Positions 18,496 through 27,344 of a stretch of DNA of 64,000 nucleotides are shown here, piece by piece (position 1 is the stretch's first letter; each line of letters opens with the position of its first letter). Under the pieces are notes generated by a model that made no database searches, was not told the origin of the DNA, and saw only the letters and a list, made by a program, of their open reading frames with translations. Source of the DNA: an uncultured bacterium (GTDB taxonomy: Bacteria; Chloroflexota; Limnocylindria; QHBO01); the NCBI GenBank assembly GCA_965652075.1, contig CBFGTN010000005.1, forward strand, positions 766-64,765, read 5' to 3'. The position numbers and the translations under genes are program-made.

Positions 18496-19506
18496 TCAGT
18501 CCCGCCCCGCCTCCGCCTCGCGCAGGAGCCGCAGCGCGTCCTCCGGCCGCCGCGGGTCGATGCCAAGGTCCACGGAGGCGCGATGCAGCCGGTACAGGAC
18601 GGTGTTCCGATGCACCCCGAGACTGCGAGCCGCCGGCGCGATCCTCCCGTTCGCCCGTGCGACCGCCAGCAGCGTGTCGCGCAGCGAGTCGCCGGTCGAC
18701 GGCGGGACGCGGGACTCCCGGGTCGTGCGTCCGAGCGCCCGCTCCGCCGGCCGGCGACGCAGCAGGGCGCGCAGGGTGACGGCCAGTGCCTCGAGCGCCA
18801 CGGCGTCGACGGCGGCGAAGGGCAGGTCGTCGAAGAGCCACGCCGCCGCCGACGGCCCGATCGAGCGCTCGAGGGTCCAGAGGCCGTCTCGCGTGCGGCG
18901 GGCCGCACTCGCCGAGGACGCGCGCTCGCCGAGGAGCCTGGCATGCGCCGCGGCGAAGCGCGTGGCGAGCGCACGACCCGCGGGGCGCGGGTTGAGCGAG
19001 GCGAGCGCGCCGTCCACGCTGACTGCCACGCCGCGATGCAGCCGTGCAGCGACGACGCCGGCCGGCGCCGAGGGCTGCGGATCGGCGAGGGCGGCCTCGG
19101 CCCCGGCCAGCCGCAGCTCCGCCGTCACCGACGCGAGCCACTCGCGCTCGCCGTCGAGGTACGCGGCCGCGGACTCGCCGCGCGTGCCGGCCAGGCCACC
19201 GCCGACGAGCACCGGCAGCGGGTCGCCGGCGGCCTCGAGGGCCGGGAGCCCCTCACCGGCCAGCCACACGGCGGCCGGATCGAGCTCCGCCTCGCGGAGG
19301 CCGGCGAGCAGCGCGTCGATGCCGCCGGACGGGAGCGCCGCGGCGTCGGCGACCAGGAGCTGGCCGTCTGTCATGGGCGGAACGTGCGGTGGGGCCGCGC
19401 GAGTGCGAGCGACGCCGCGGACCGGGCGTGCCGTGCGCTCGACGGACCCCGACGCGAGCCGCGCCTCCGGATCGATCGCGCGCCAGAGGTCGAGGACGGT
19501 CGTCAC
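18496..19506 (-). CDS. PucR-family transcriptional regulator
   Basis: The C-terminal HTH (RIAPAARSLGVHRNTVLYRLHRASVDLGIDP) is the PucR/CdaR type. The N-terminus VTTVLDLWRAIDPEARLASG resembles the PucR N-domain. GTG 19506 overlaps (GTGA) the stop of the upstream gene. Confidence 0.75.
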   Translation of the reverse strand: MTTVLDLWRAIDPEARLASGSVERTARPVRGVARTRAAPPHVPPMTDGQLLVADAAALPSGGIDALLAGLREAELDPAAVWLAGEGLPALEAAGDPLPVLVGGGLAGTRGESAAAYLDGEREWLASVTAELRLAGAEAALADPQPSAPAGVVAARLHRGVAVSVDGALASLNPRPAGRALATRFAAAHARLLGERASSASAARRTRDGLWTLERSIGPSAAAWLFDDLPFAAVDAVALEALAVTLRALLRRRPAERALGRTTRESRVPPSTGDSLRDTLLAVARANGRIAPAARSLGVHRNTVLYRLHRASVDLGIDPRRPEDALRLLREAEAGRD

Positions 19507-20753
19507 GCCGCGTCGCCCAGGCGCGCGGCCAGCCGTTCGAGCTCGTCCGTCGGGCGGTCGAATCGCTCGCCGCGAAGGACGAGACGGACGCCGCCCGCAG
19601 CGGCCGGCCGGATCGTCACGCGCCGCCGAGGGAGCCAGAACGCGACCGCGAGAGTTCCCGCGAGCAGGACGGCGCCGGCGAACAGGATGCCGAGGCCCGG
19701 GTCGTTGCGCGACAGGAAGGTGACCCACGCGTCGAAGCCCCCGAAGCTCACCTCGAGGTCGCCGATCCGGGCCGTGGCGCCGGCGGTCAGGCGTGCCGAG
19801 TCGACGACGCCCGCGTCGTCGAGGACGCTCACGCCGAGCTCGCCGCCTGCCTCATCACTGAGCGCCAACCCCAGGACGAGTCCGACGCTCGGCAGCTCGG
19901 TCGACCCGACCGGCAGGCCGTCGCGGACGCCGTCGAGCGGCACGGGCGCGTCGAGCAGGGCGCTGCCGTCGAGCGTCGTGACTCGGAGGTTCGCCGCCGG
20001 GCCGTACGTCCAGGGATGGACGAGGTAGCCGCCGAAGTCGCCGGGCTCGTTGACGCGGAGCACCTGCTCGCGGACGGGCGCGCCGTCGCGCAGGAAGGTG
20101 ACGTGCGAGTCGAGCCGTTCCGGACGCGCGTCGGCGCCGAACTCCGCGTCGAAGGAGTCGAGCCGCACGGCGGCCGAGAAGCCGGGCCGTGGGGCGTCGA
20201 GCAGGGCCTGGTCGCCGGGCAGCAGCGTGAAGACGATCTGCGACCCGAACGCGGCACCCACCGCCGCGCCGAGGACGATCAGGACGAGCGCGAGATGGCT
20301 GAGGATGCCGGCGAACCGCGACCACCCGCGGCGCACGCCGTGGATGGCCCAGCGTCCGGCGCGGCCCTCTTCCAGGCGGGCGCGATACCCGGCCCGCGCG
20401 AGGGAGGCGAGGAGCACTTCGGGCTCAGCCGCCGGCAGGAAGCGCTCCAGGGAACCGGAGCCCGGCTGCACCGGCCCCGGCCGCTGCCACTCCCGCCAGG
20501 CGGCCGGGGCGCGGACGGCGACGGCCGCCACTCCGCTCAGGGCCAGCCCGCCGAGCAGGATCGCGTACGGCAGGCCATCGAGGAGGCCCTGGCCGCCGGG
20601 AAGGAAGGCGGCAACGAGGTTCGCGATCCCGGTGGCGGCGAGCAGCGCGAGCGCGACGCGGCCGTCCCCGGCGAGGCGGAGGGCGCGTTCGGCGGCGCGT
20701 GCGAAGCGCTCGGAGGCCTGAGCCGCGCCCAGCTCCGCCCGGGCCGCGGCCAT
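19503..20753 (-). CDS. ResB/CcsB-like cytochrome c biogenesis family membrane protein
   Basis: 416 aa. N-terminal TM, second TM FAGILSHLALVLIVLGAAVG, a large extracytoplasmic loop with RLDSFDAEF...LRVNEPGDFGGYLVHPW, and a C-terminal TM DPGLGILFAGAVLLAGTLAVAFWLPRRR. This matches the ResB layout. Confidence 0.65.
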   Translation of the reverse strand: MAAARAELGAAQASERFARAAERALRLAGDGRVALALLAATGIANLVAAFLPGGQGLLDGLPYAILLGGLALSGVAAVAVRAPAAWREWQRPGPVQPGSGSLERFLPAAEPEVLLASLARAGYRARLEEGRAGRWAIHGVRRGWSRFAGILSHLALVLIVLGAAVGAAFGSQIVFTLLPGDQALLDAPRPGFSAAVRLDSFDAEFGADARPERLDSHVTFLRDGAPVREQVLRVNEPGDFGGYLVHPWTYGPAANLRVTTLDGSALLDAPVPLDGVRDGLPVGSTELPSVGLVLGLALSDEAGGELGVSVLDDAGVVDSARLTAGATARIGDLEVSFGGFDAWVTFLSRNDPGLGILFAGAVLLAGTLAVAFWLPRRRVTIRPAAAGGVRLVLRGERFDRPTDELERLAARLGDAA

Positions 20754-21931
20754 CAGGATGGGCTGGCGGCGGCCACGAGGTCGGCGATCAGGTCCTCGGC
20801 GTCCTCCAGGCCGATCGACACGCGCACCATTCCGGGCGACAGGCCGGCGCTCGCGAGGTCCGCATCGGTCAGCTGCCGGTGCGAGGAGCTGGCCGGATGG
20901 CTGACGAGCGTCTCGACGCTGCCGAGGCTGGTGGCGTGGACCGCGACGCGAACGCGCTCCAGGAAGCGCTCACCGCCGGCGCGCCCGCCGGCGAGCTCGA
21001 GGGCGAGCATGCCGCCGGCCATGCCGTTGCGGAGGATGCGGCAGGCCAGCGCGTGCTGCGGGTGCGACTCGAGGCCCGGATAGCCCACCGCGTCGACGCC
21101 CGGAGCGCCCTCCAGGGCCCTCGCCACCGCCAGGGCGTTCGAGGAGTGGCGCTCCATGCGCAGCGCCAGCGTCTTCAGCCCGCGGAGCGCGAGGAACGCC
21201 TCCCACGGCGACGCGTTGCCCCCGGCGTTGATCATCGTGTGGCGCGCGGCGTCGATGCGCGCTGCCGGTCCGACGACCGCACCGCCCATGAGATCCGAGT
21301 GGCCGCCGATGTACTTCGTCATCGAGTGCACGACGACGTCGGCTCCCATCGCGAGCGGGTTCGCGAGCGCCGGGGAGGCGAACGTGTTGTCCACGCCGAC
21401 CAGGACGTCGCGAGCGTGGGCGAGTTCCGCCAGCGATGACACGTCGGCCATGGCGGTCGTGGGGTTGCTGATTGTCTCGAGCCACAGGAGCTTCACACCG
21501 TCGTCGAGCGCGTCCTCGACCGCGGCCCGGTCCGTCGTGTCCACGGTGCGATGGCGGATCCCGGACCGCTCGAGAATGGACGCGGCCAGGCCGATCGTGC
21601 CGCCGTAGACGGCGCGCGGGATGACCACTGCGTCGCCGGTCCGCAGGATCGACAGGACGACGGCATGGATCGCGGCCATGCCCGAGGCGGTGACGAGCGC
21701 GGCCTCGCCACCCTCGAGCTCGGCGAGCGCCCGCTCGAGCGCGTCGTGCGTCGGGTTCGAGTAGCGCGAGTACGAGTGGCCGGGGCGCTCGAACTCCAGG
21801 AGCTCAGCGAGCTCGGTGGCGTCGGACACCTCGAACGTGCTGGTGGCGTAGATCGGGACGTTCACCGGCGCCTGCGGGGCCTCCGGCACCCGGCTGGCCG
21901 CCCTGATGGCTCGCGTGGAGAAGCCCGGCAT
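20753..21931 (-). CDS. Cys/Met-metabolism PLP-dependent enzyme (cystathionine gamma-synthase/lyase family)
   Basis: 392 aa. YSRYSNPT, ASGMAAI and the PLP-lysine block VVHSMTKYIGGHSDLMGG. Confidence 0.85.
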   Translation of the reverse strand: MPGFSTRAIRAASRVPEAPQAPVNVPIYATSTFEVSDATELAELLEFERPGHSYSRYSNPTHDALERALAELEGGEAALVTASGMAAIHAVVLSILRTGDAVVIPRAVYGGTIGLAASILERSGIRHRTVDTTDRAAVEDALDDGVKLLWLETISNPTTAMADVSSLAELAHARDVLVGVDNTFASPALANPLAMGADVVVHSMTKYIGGHSDLMGGAVVGPAARIDAARHTMINAGGNASPWEAFLALRGLKTLALRMERHSSNALAVARALEGAPGVDAVGYPGLESHPQHALACRILRNGMAGGMLALELAGGRAGGERFLERVRVAVHATSLGSVETLVSHPASSSHRQLTDADLASAGLSPGMVRVSIGLEDAEDLIADLVAAASPS

Positions 21932-21992
21932 GGAGGCTGAGTCTAGCAGCGGACTCGCGTCGGCCCGCCGGCCCGGCTAGGATGTCCCACCG

Positions 21993-23141
21993 ATGCACCT
22001 CCCCCGATCCCGTGGCGCCCTGATCGTCGGCGCCCTGGTGGCCGTGGTCCTCGTGGCCGCCGCCGCGTTCGCCGTCGTCAACGCCGCTCCCGAGCCGACC
22101 CCGACCCCGTCGCCGCAGCCCACGCCGACCGCGTCGCCGACCCCTTCGCCGACCCCCTCGCCGACGCCGTCACCGTCTCCGACGCCGTCTCCGACGCCGG
22201 CTCCCGAGGCGCGCTGCCCGATGACCGGCGGCGAGCTCAGCCGTCAGAACCTGGCCGACCGGGTCCCGATCATCGTCCAGATCGAGAACAACCCGATCGC
22301 CCGGCCGCCATCGGGCCTGAACCGCGCGGACCTCGTCATCGAGGCGCCGGTCGAGGGCGACACGACGCGCTTCATGGCGGTCTTCATGTGCCGGTCGCAG
22401 GTCAACGCGATGGTCGGCCCGGTGCGCTCGGTGCGCTACTTCAACGCCGACATCCATCAGCAGCTCCACGGGCTGACGGTCCATTTCGGCGGTGCCGGGA
22501 GGGTGATCAACACCCTGAACGCCCAGGGCGTGCCGCGCGTCAACGGCCTGACGACGGGGTGGTACTTCTTCCAGCGCGCGGGCGTCTGGCCGGCCCCCCA
22601 CAACGTCTTCCTCGACATCGACGCGGTGCGCCGCGAGATGGAGGAGGGCGGCCTGCGGGACGTCGCCGACATCGACAACCCCGGGCGCGCGCCGTTCCAG
22701 TTCGACCGCGACGCCCGGATGCCCTCCGGCCGGCGCGTGGACAGCATCGGCCTGTCCACGTCGAGCTTCTGGCACTTCGGCTGGACCTGGGACGAGAGCA
22801 GCGAGCGCTGGCTGCGGACCGATGGCGGTGCGGCGAACTTCGACGCCACCACCGGCGATCGGATCTCGGCGCGGACGGTCGTCGTCCAGGTCGTGCGCCA
22901 GGACATCCTCCCCGGAGAGCTCGATCCCGGCGGCTTCCCGCGCCGCTACCAGTACCTCGTCGACGAGGGGACGGGCGTGGTGTACGTCGACGGCCGGGGA
23001 TACGACGTCCGCTGGTCGCGGCTCAACGCGGCGGACAAGACGAAGTGGACGTACGCCGACTCGGGCAAGCCGGTGAAGCTGCCGCCGGGCAAGGTGTGGT
23101 GGGAGATCGTTCCGCAGGGCAGCGCGATCAACGAGGGCTGA
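21993..23141 (+). CDS. DUF3048-family (YerB-like) membrane-anchored protein with a Pro/Thr/Ser linker
   Basis: 382 aa. N-terminal TM, a PTPSP linker, then VPIIVQIENNPIARPPSGLNRADLVIEAPVEGDTTRFMAVF, characteristic of DUF3048. Confidence 0.7.
   Translation: MHLPRSRGALIVGALVAVVLVAAAAFAVVNAAPEPTPTPSPQPTPTASPTPSPTPSPTPSPSPTPSPTPAPEARCPMTGGELSRQNLADRVPIIVQIENNPIARPPSGLNRADLVIEAPVEGDTTRFMAVFMCRSQVNAMVGPVRSVRYFNADIHQQLHGLTVHFGGAGRVINTLNAQGVPRVNGLTTGWYFFQRAGVWPAPHNVFLDIDAVRREMEEGGLRDVADIDNPGRAPFQFDRDARMPSGRRVDSIGLSTSSFWHFGWTWDESSERWLRTDGGAANFDATTGDRISARTVVVQVVRQDILPGELDPGGFPRRYQYLVDEGTGVVYVDGRGYDVRWSRLNAADKTKWTYADSGKPVKLPPGKVWWEIVPQGSAINEG
22089..22205 (+). repeat. Low-complexity (CCG/ACG/TCG)n coding repeat encoding a PTPSP linker
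   Basis: Encodes PEPTPTPSPQPTPTASPTPSPTPSPTPSPSPTPSPTPAP between the TM anchor and the DUF3048 domain. Confidence 0.9.
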
Positions 23142-23149
23142 CGCCCCGG

Positions 23150-24673
23150 CTAGTTGTCGGTGCGGTCCCGCTCGCCGATCCCCGGCGAGAGGAACGCGTC
23201 CATCGCCCGGCGGATCTGGTGGTCGGGATCGAACGAGCGGCTCGCCGCCTCGATCTGACGCCGGACCTCCTGTGGATCGGCCTCCGCGTCGTCGTGGCGG
23301 GGCTCGTCGCCCTGCGCGACCGGGCCGAGCTCGACGGCCACGGCGCGATCCTCGGGTGGCGCCATCGCGCCGTTGCCCCCTGGCTCGTCAGGGGCCGCGG
23401 CGGCCGGCGGCGTCTCCACGCGAGCCTCGGATGAGGCCTCCGGGGCCGCAGCCGCCGGCGGCTCGACCTCCGGGAAGCTGCGCCGCGCGAGCAGGGCGGG
23501 CCGCGGTCGCGGGTTGCCGCTGATCTGGTTCTTGCCGAGCGACTTGGCCTGGTACATCGCCCGGTCGGCCGCGACGAGCAGCTCCTCCGCCCCGAGCCCG
23601 TCCTCCGGATGGCTGACGAGGCCGATGCTGACGCTCGTGATCGGGTCCCCTCCCCCGGCCACCATCCCCACCTCCTCCGCGCCGATTCGGATCTTCTCGG
23701 CGACGACGAAGGCGCCGACGATCTCCGTCTCCGGCAGGAGCACGACGAACTCGTCGCCGCCATAGCGGTAGGCCGAGTCGACGGTCCGGATCGAGCCGTG
23801 GATGACCGTTCCCAGCGCGCGCAGCACCTCGTCGCCACGCAGGTGGCCGGCGCTGTCGTTGATCGCCTTCAGCCCGTCGACATCGATCATCAGCACGCAG
23901 AAGCCACGGTCGCTGCGCCGCGTCCGGCTCACCTCCTGCTCGAGCGTCAGGAACAGCTGCGAGCGGTTGAAGAGCCCGGTGAGCGGATCGGTCCGCGAGA
24001 GGTCGAGCACGCGCGCCATCGCGCGTCGCTGATGGGCCGAATAGGCGATCGCCACGAACGCGAGCAGCCACGTCGCGATCAGGCCGACGGAGAGCCGCAG
24101 CACGTCCTCCGGGCCGTAGGTGCCCAGGTTCGGGTCCAGCGCCAGGACGGTGGCGAAGGCGACGGTGGCGAGGCCGGCCGCGGCGAGGCCGGCCCGCGGC
24201 CCGTAGGCGAGGGCCGCGGACACGCTGACGAGCGCGAACAGCATCGCGAACGGCGATGACGCGTACCCGGTGAGCGCGAGGAGCGCGGCGATGAGGACGG
24301 TCGCCGCGAGGAGCTCCGCGACGCGGCCGAGGCCGGTACGCGGCCCGGGAGCGAGCTCGCGGAACACGACGACCGCGAGCACGGCGGCCCCGCCGAGCAG
24401 GAAGATCGGGGCCTGATCGGCCGCGAACGAGCCGCTGATCCCGACGCCGAGCATGACGATCGTGATCGTCAGCCACCACACGACCCGCAGGGTCGCATCG
24501 GTGCCGGGCGAGCGCTCGTCCGCGCTCGGCTCCGCGGGGACGTACGGCGTGAGGGCGACGGCGTCGGGGGAGGCGGACGTGACCGGGCGACGGCGCCCCG
24601 CGAGCATGATGCCGACGAGGAGGAGGCCCGCGAGCAGTGCGGTGACGGCGATAACGGTCAGCTGGAGTGGCAC
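23150..24673 (-). CDS. Membrane-bound diguanylate cyclase (GGDEF) with I-site
   Basis: RTDPLTGLFNR...MIDVDGLKAINDSAGHLRGDEVL...RTVDSAYRYGGDEFVVLL, giving an intact GGDEF with RxxD five residues upstream. About 6 N-terminal TM helices. I prefer GTG 24673, because the longest ORF (24886) would overlap the divergent LCP gene. The start is uncertain. Confidence 0.8.
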   Translation of the reverse strand: MPLQLTVIAVTALLAGLLLVGIMLAGRRRPVTSASPDAVALTPYVPAEPSADERSPGTDATLRVVWWLTITIVMLGVGISGSFAADQAPIFLLGGAAVLAVVVFRELAPGPRTGLGRVAELLAATVLIAALLALTGYASSPFAMLFALVSVSAALAYGPRAGLAAAGLATVAFATVLALDPNLGTYGPEDVLRLSVGLIATWLLAFVAIAYSAHQRRAMARVLDLSRTDPLTGLFNRSQLFLTLEQEVSRTRRSDRGFCVLMIDVDGLKAINDSAGHLRGDEVLRALGTVIHGSIRTVDSAYRYGGDEFVVLLPETEIVGAFVVAEKIRIGAEEVGMVAGGGDPITSVSIGLVSHPEDGLGAEELLVAADRAMYQAKSLGKNQISGNPRPRPALLARRSFPEVEPPAAAAPEASSEARVETPPAAAAPDEPGGNGAMAPPEDRAVAVELGPVAQGDEPRHDDAEADPQEVRRQIEAASRSFDPDHQIRRAMDAFLSPGIGERDRTDN

Positions 24674-24861
24674 AGATCCTCGTCCGGCGGCGAGATTTGG
24701 ATGCTCAGTGCGGGCCCCTCGGCCTGAGCGGCCAGTATGCGGGCCGGGCGAGAGATGGTGCAAACGTACTAACCCACCCGTACTGCCCCAATCGTGGACG
24801 GGACGCACCACATTGGCCGCGTTGGGACGCGTTTTGGCTTCCTTGCTAGAGTGGCGGCCGC

Positions 24862-26352
24862 ATGTCGCGCGACTCTGCGACGGCACCGGAGGCCGAGTAC
24901 CGACACCGCCCCTGGCTCGCCGCCGTGCTGTCCTTCCTGCTCCCGGGCATGGGCCAGGCCTATGCCGGACGGCCGGTGCTCGGACTGCTCATCGCGCTCC
25001 CGGCGGTGCTCGTGATCGCCGCCATCGTCGCCGTCGCCACGGGCCAGATCGGTGGGCTCCGGAACAGCATCTTCGCCAGCGAGTTCCTGATCGCGGTGCT
25101 CGTCGTCAACGCCCTGATCCTCGCCTGGCGCGGGATCGCGATCGCGCACGCCGGCCTCACGCCGTGGTCGCGGATTCAGGGCCACGACCGTCGCGTCGCG
25201 CTCATGACGGTCGGCATCCTGCTCGTGCTGACCGTCGCCATGCACACCTGGGTCGGCATCGTCGTCGTGCAGTTCAACACGACCCTGGGGGCGGTCTTCG
25301 ACCCGGGACAGCGCCCGCCCCCGGCGCTGGTCCCCGGCGCCAGCGGCGAGCCAGAGGCATCCGTCCAGCCGGAGTTCCGGTGGGACGGCACCGAGCGGAT
25401 CAACATCCTGCTGCTCGGGACCGACGCGGCACCCGGACGCGAGGCGGTGCTGACCGACGTCATCCTCGTCGTCAGCGTCGACCCGGTCGCCAAGACCGCC
25501 GTCATGATCTCCGTCCCACGCGACACGGGCTACGTGCCGCTCCCCGACGAGTCGCTCTTCACCGGCGGGCTGTACCCCGACAAGGTCAACTCGCTCGCGG
25601 GGCGCGCCGCCGCCGACGCGGCGACCTGGTGCCCGGACCTCGCCAGTGATCCGCAGGCCTGCGGCATCCGCACGATCGAGCGCTCGATCGGCCTGTACCT
25701 CGGCCTCGAGATCCACCACTACGCGCTCGTCGACATGGCCGGCTTCGCGAGCATCGTCGACGCGATCGGCGGCGTGGAGCTCTGCCTCCCCGGGACGCTC
25801 GTGGACCGCCGCTTCGACGGCAGCCTGACGAACGAGGAGACGAACGAGGTCCTCGTCCTCCCCGCGGGCTGCCACGTGTACAACGGGATCGATGCGCTGG
25901 CCTACGCGCGCAGCCGCCAGGGATACATCGAGATGCCGGACGGCGAGCGGGTCGGGCAGACCGATTTCGACCGCGCGGAGCGCCAGCAGCGCGTGCTGCT
26001 CGCGGTGCGCCAGGAGCTGAGCGAGGCGGACACGTTCCTCGAGCTGCCGCAGCTCCTCGCGGCGATCGGGTACACCGTGAGCACCGACTTCCCGCGCAGT
26101 CAGGCGGGGGACTTCGCGAGCCTCCTGCCGGTCATCACCGGCCCGGACATCGAGCGCGTGGTCCTCGGCTATCCGGAGTTCGTCGACCTCCCGGTCGATC
26201 CGGATGTCAACTACCTGCTCATCCCGAAGCGGGATGCGATCCGCGACGAGATGGCGCGGCTCTTCGGCCTCGAGGCGCTCGAGGGCTGGTATCTCGGCTC
26301 GACGGCGCCCGGCCCGACGAGCGACCCGGCCGCGGGCGCGGAGACGCCCTAG
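24862..26352 (+). CDS. LytR-CpsA-Psr (LCP) family wall-polymer ligase
   Basis: 496 aa. N-terminal TMs, then INILLLGTDAAPGREAVLTDVILVVSVDP...ISVPRDT...YALVDMAGFASIVDAIGGVEL...GIDALAYARSRQ. Confidence 0.85.
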   Translation: MSRDSATAPEAEYRHRPWLAAVLSFLLPGMGQAYAGRPVLGLLIALPAVLVIAAIVAVATGQIGGLRNSIFASEFLIAVLVVNALILAWRGIAIAHAGLTPWSRIQGHDRRVALMTVGILLVLTVAMHTWVGIVVVQFNTTLGAVFDPGQRPPPALVPGASGEPEASVQPEFRWDGTERINILLLGTDAAPGREAVLTDVILVVSVDPVAKTAVMISVPRDTGYVPLPDESLFTGGLYPDKVNSLAGRAAADAATWCPDLASDPQACGIRTIERSIGLYLGLEIHHYALVDMAGFASIVDAIGGVELCLPGTLVDRRFDGSLTNEETNEVLVLPAGCHVYNGIDALAYARSRQGYIEMPDGERVGQTDFDRAERQQRVLLAVRQELSEADTFLELPQLLAAIGYTVSTDFPRSQAGDFASLLPVITGPDIERVVLGYPEFVDLPVDPDVNYLLIPKRDAIRDEMARLFGLEALEGWYLGSTAPGPTSDPAAGAETP

Positions 26353-27302
26353 CGGATCTCGCCGAGCAGGACCGCGACGACCGCCAGCGCGGCCGAGACC
26401 GCGGTCAGGAACAGCATCGCATCACGCTGGGTCAGTCCGGCTCGCAGGAGCTGGTGGTGGATGTGGCCGCGATCGGCCACGAAGAACGGGTCGCCGCGCG
26501 AGGTGCGGCGGATGACCGCCCATGCCGTGTCGACGAGCGGGATGGCGAGCGCGACGATCGGCACGATCGGCGGCTGCGGGTTCAGGCCGTCCTGCGTCAG
26601 GGCGATCGCCACCGCGCCGACGACGAAGCCGAGGAACATCGAGCCGGTGTCGCCCATGATGATCGACGCGGGATACAGGTTGTAGGCGAGGAAGCCGATG
26701 GCGGCGCCACCGGTCGCCGCGATGATCGGCAGCGTCGGGTCGACGCCGGCCGAGGCGGAGAGGAGCGCGAAGGCGCCGAGCGCCGTGAGGACGACACCCG
26801 TCGCCAGTCCATCCAGGCCGTCGATCAGGTTGATCGCGTTGATGATCACCACGAGCCAGACGACCGTCAGCGGAAGCGCCAGCAGGCCCATGCTGACCGT
26901 GCCCCACGGCAGCTCGAGGTGTTCGATGCTCAGGCCCATCGCGAAGGCGAGCACCGCGGCGGCGACCTGCCACAGGAGCTTCACCATCGCCCGCATCCCG
27001 CGGACGTCGTCGATGACGCCGACGATCACCAGCAGGGCGGCGCCGGCGAGGATCGCCGGGGCGCGGTTCGGACGGAGAAACTCGCCCGTGAGATCGTTCG
27101 TCGCGATCGCCGCGAAGCCGATGGCGACGGCGAAGGCGATCGCGATCGCCAGGCCGCCGAGCCGCGGGACCGGGAACTCGTGGACCTTGCGCTCGGCATC
27201 CGGCTCGTCGAGGAGGCCCCTCCGCTCGGCGACGAGCCGCACGATCGGAGTGACCGCCAGGCTCACGACCAGGGCCACGGCGGAGGTCAGGGCGGTCAGC
27301 AT
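26349..27302 (-). CDS. wecA: Polyprenyl-phosphate N-acetylhexosamine-1-phosphate transferase (WecA/TagO, MraY family)
   Basis: VPRLGGLAI, NAINLIDGLDGLATG and the polytopic layout. Start moved to MLTALTS (27302), because the longest ORF start (27344) abuts the tRNA 3' end at 27345. Confidence 0.85.
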   Translation of the reverse strand: MLTALTSAVALVVSLAVTPIVRLVAERRGLLDEPDAERKVHEFPVPRLGGLAIAIAFAVAIGFAAIATNDLTGEFLRPNRAPAILAGAALLVIVGVIDDVRGMRAMVKLLWQVAAAVLAFAMGLSIEHLELPWGTVSMGLLALPLTVVWLVVIINAINLIDGLDGLATGVVLTALGAFALLSASAGVDPTLPIIAATGGAAIGFLAYNLYPASIIMGDTGSMFLGFVVGAVAIALTQDGLNPQPPIVPIVALAIPLVDTAWAVIRRTSRGDPFFVADRGHIHHQLLRAGLTQRDAMLFLTAVSAALAVVAVLLGEIR

Positions 27303-27344
27303 CGGGCGCGATGGTAGCGCCTGACGCAACCCGGGCTCGGGCAA

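Noticed and set aside
15345-18974. 1209-aa minus-strand ORF, the longest in the track.
   Set aside because: It has an Arg/Pro/Gly/Ala-rich low-complexity composition. It is out of frame with glnA and antisense to, or overlapping, a GT4 gene, glnA and the PucR-family gene, all of which have strong family motifs. This is typical shadow ORF behaviour in very GC-rich DNA.
19044-21083. 679-aa plus-strand ORF, plus several ORFs of 400 aa or more around 18.3-20 kb.
   Set aside because: They are antisense to the ResB-like and PLP-enzyme genes. They are Arg/Pro-rich with no motifs, and they break the clean ATGA/GTGA-coupled minus-strand operon.
21932-21992. Looked for a SAM/methionine riboswitch upstream of the Cys/Met PLP-enzyme gene.
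   Set aside because: Only 61 bp separate it from the divergent DUF3048 gene. That is too short for known SAM riboswitch classes, and no conserved helices were visible.
22089-22205. The short-period repeat could be mistaken for a microsatellite or CRISPR-like array.
   Set aside because: It lies inside a well-supported ORF, keeps the reading frame and encodes a PT/PS linker. There is no repeat-spacer architecture.
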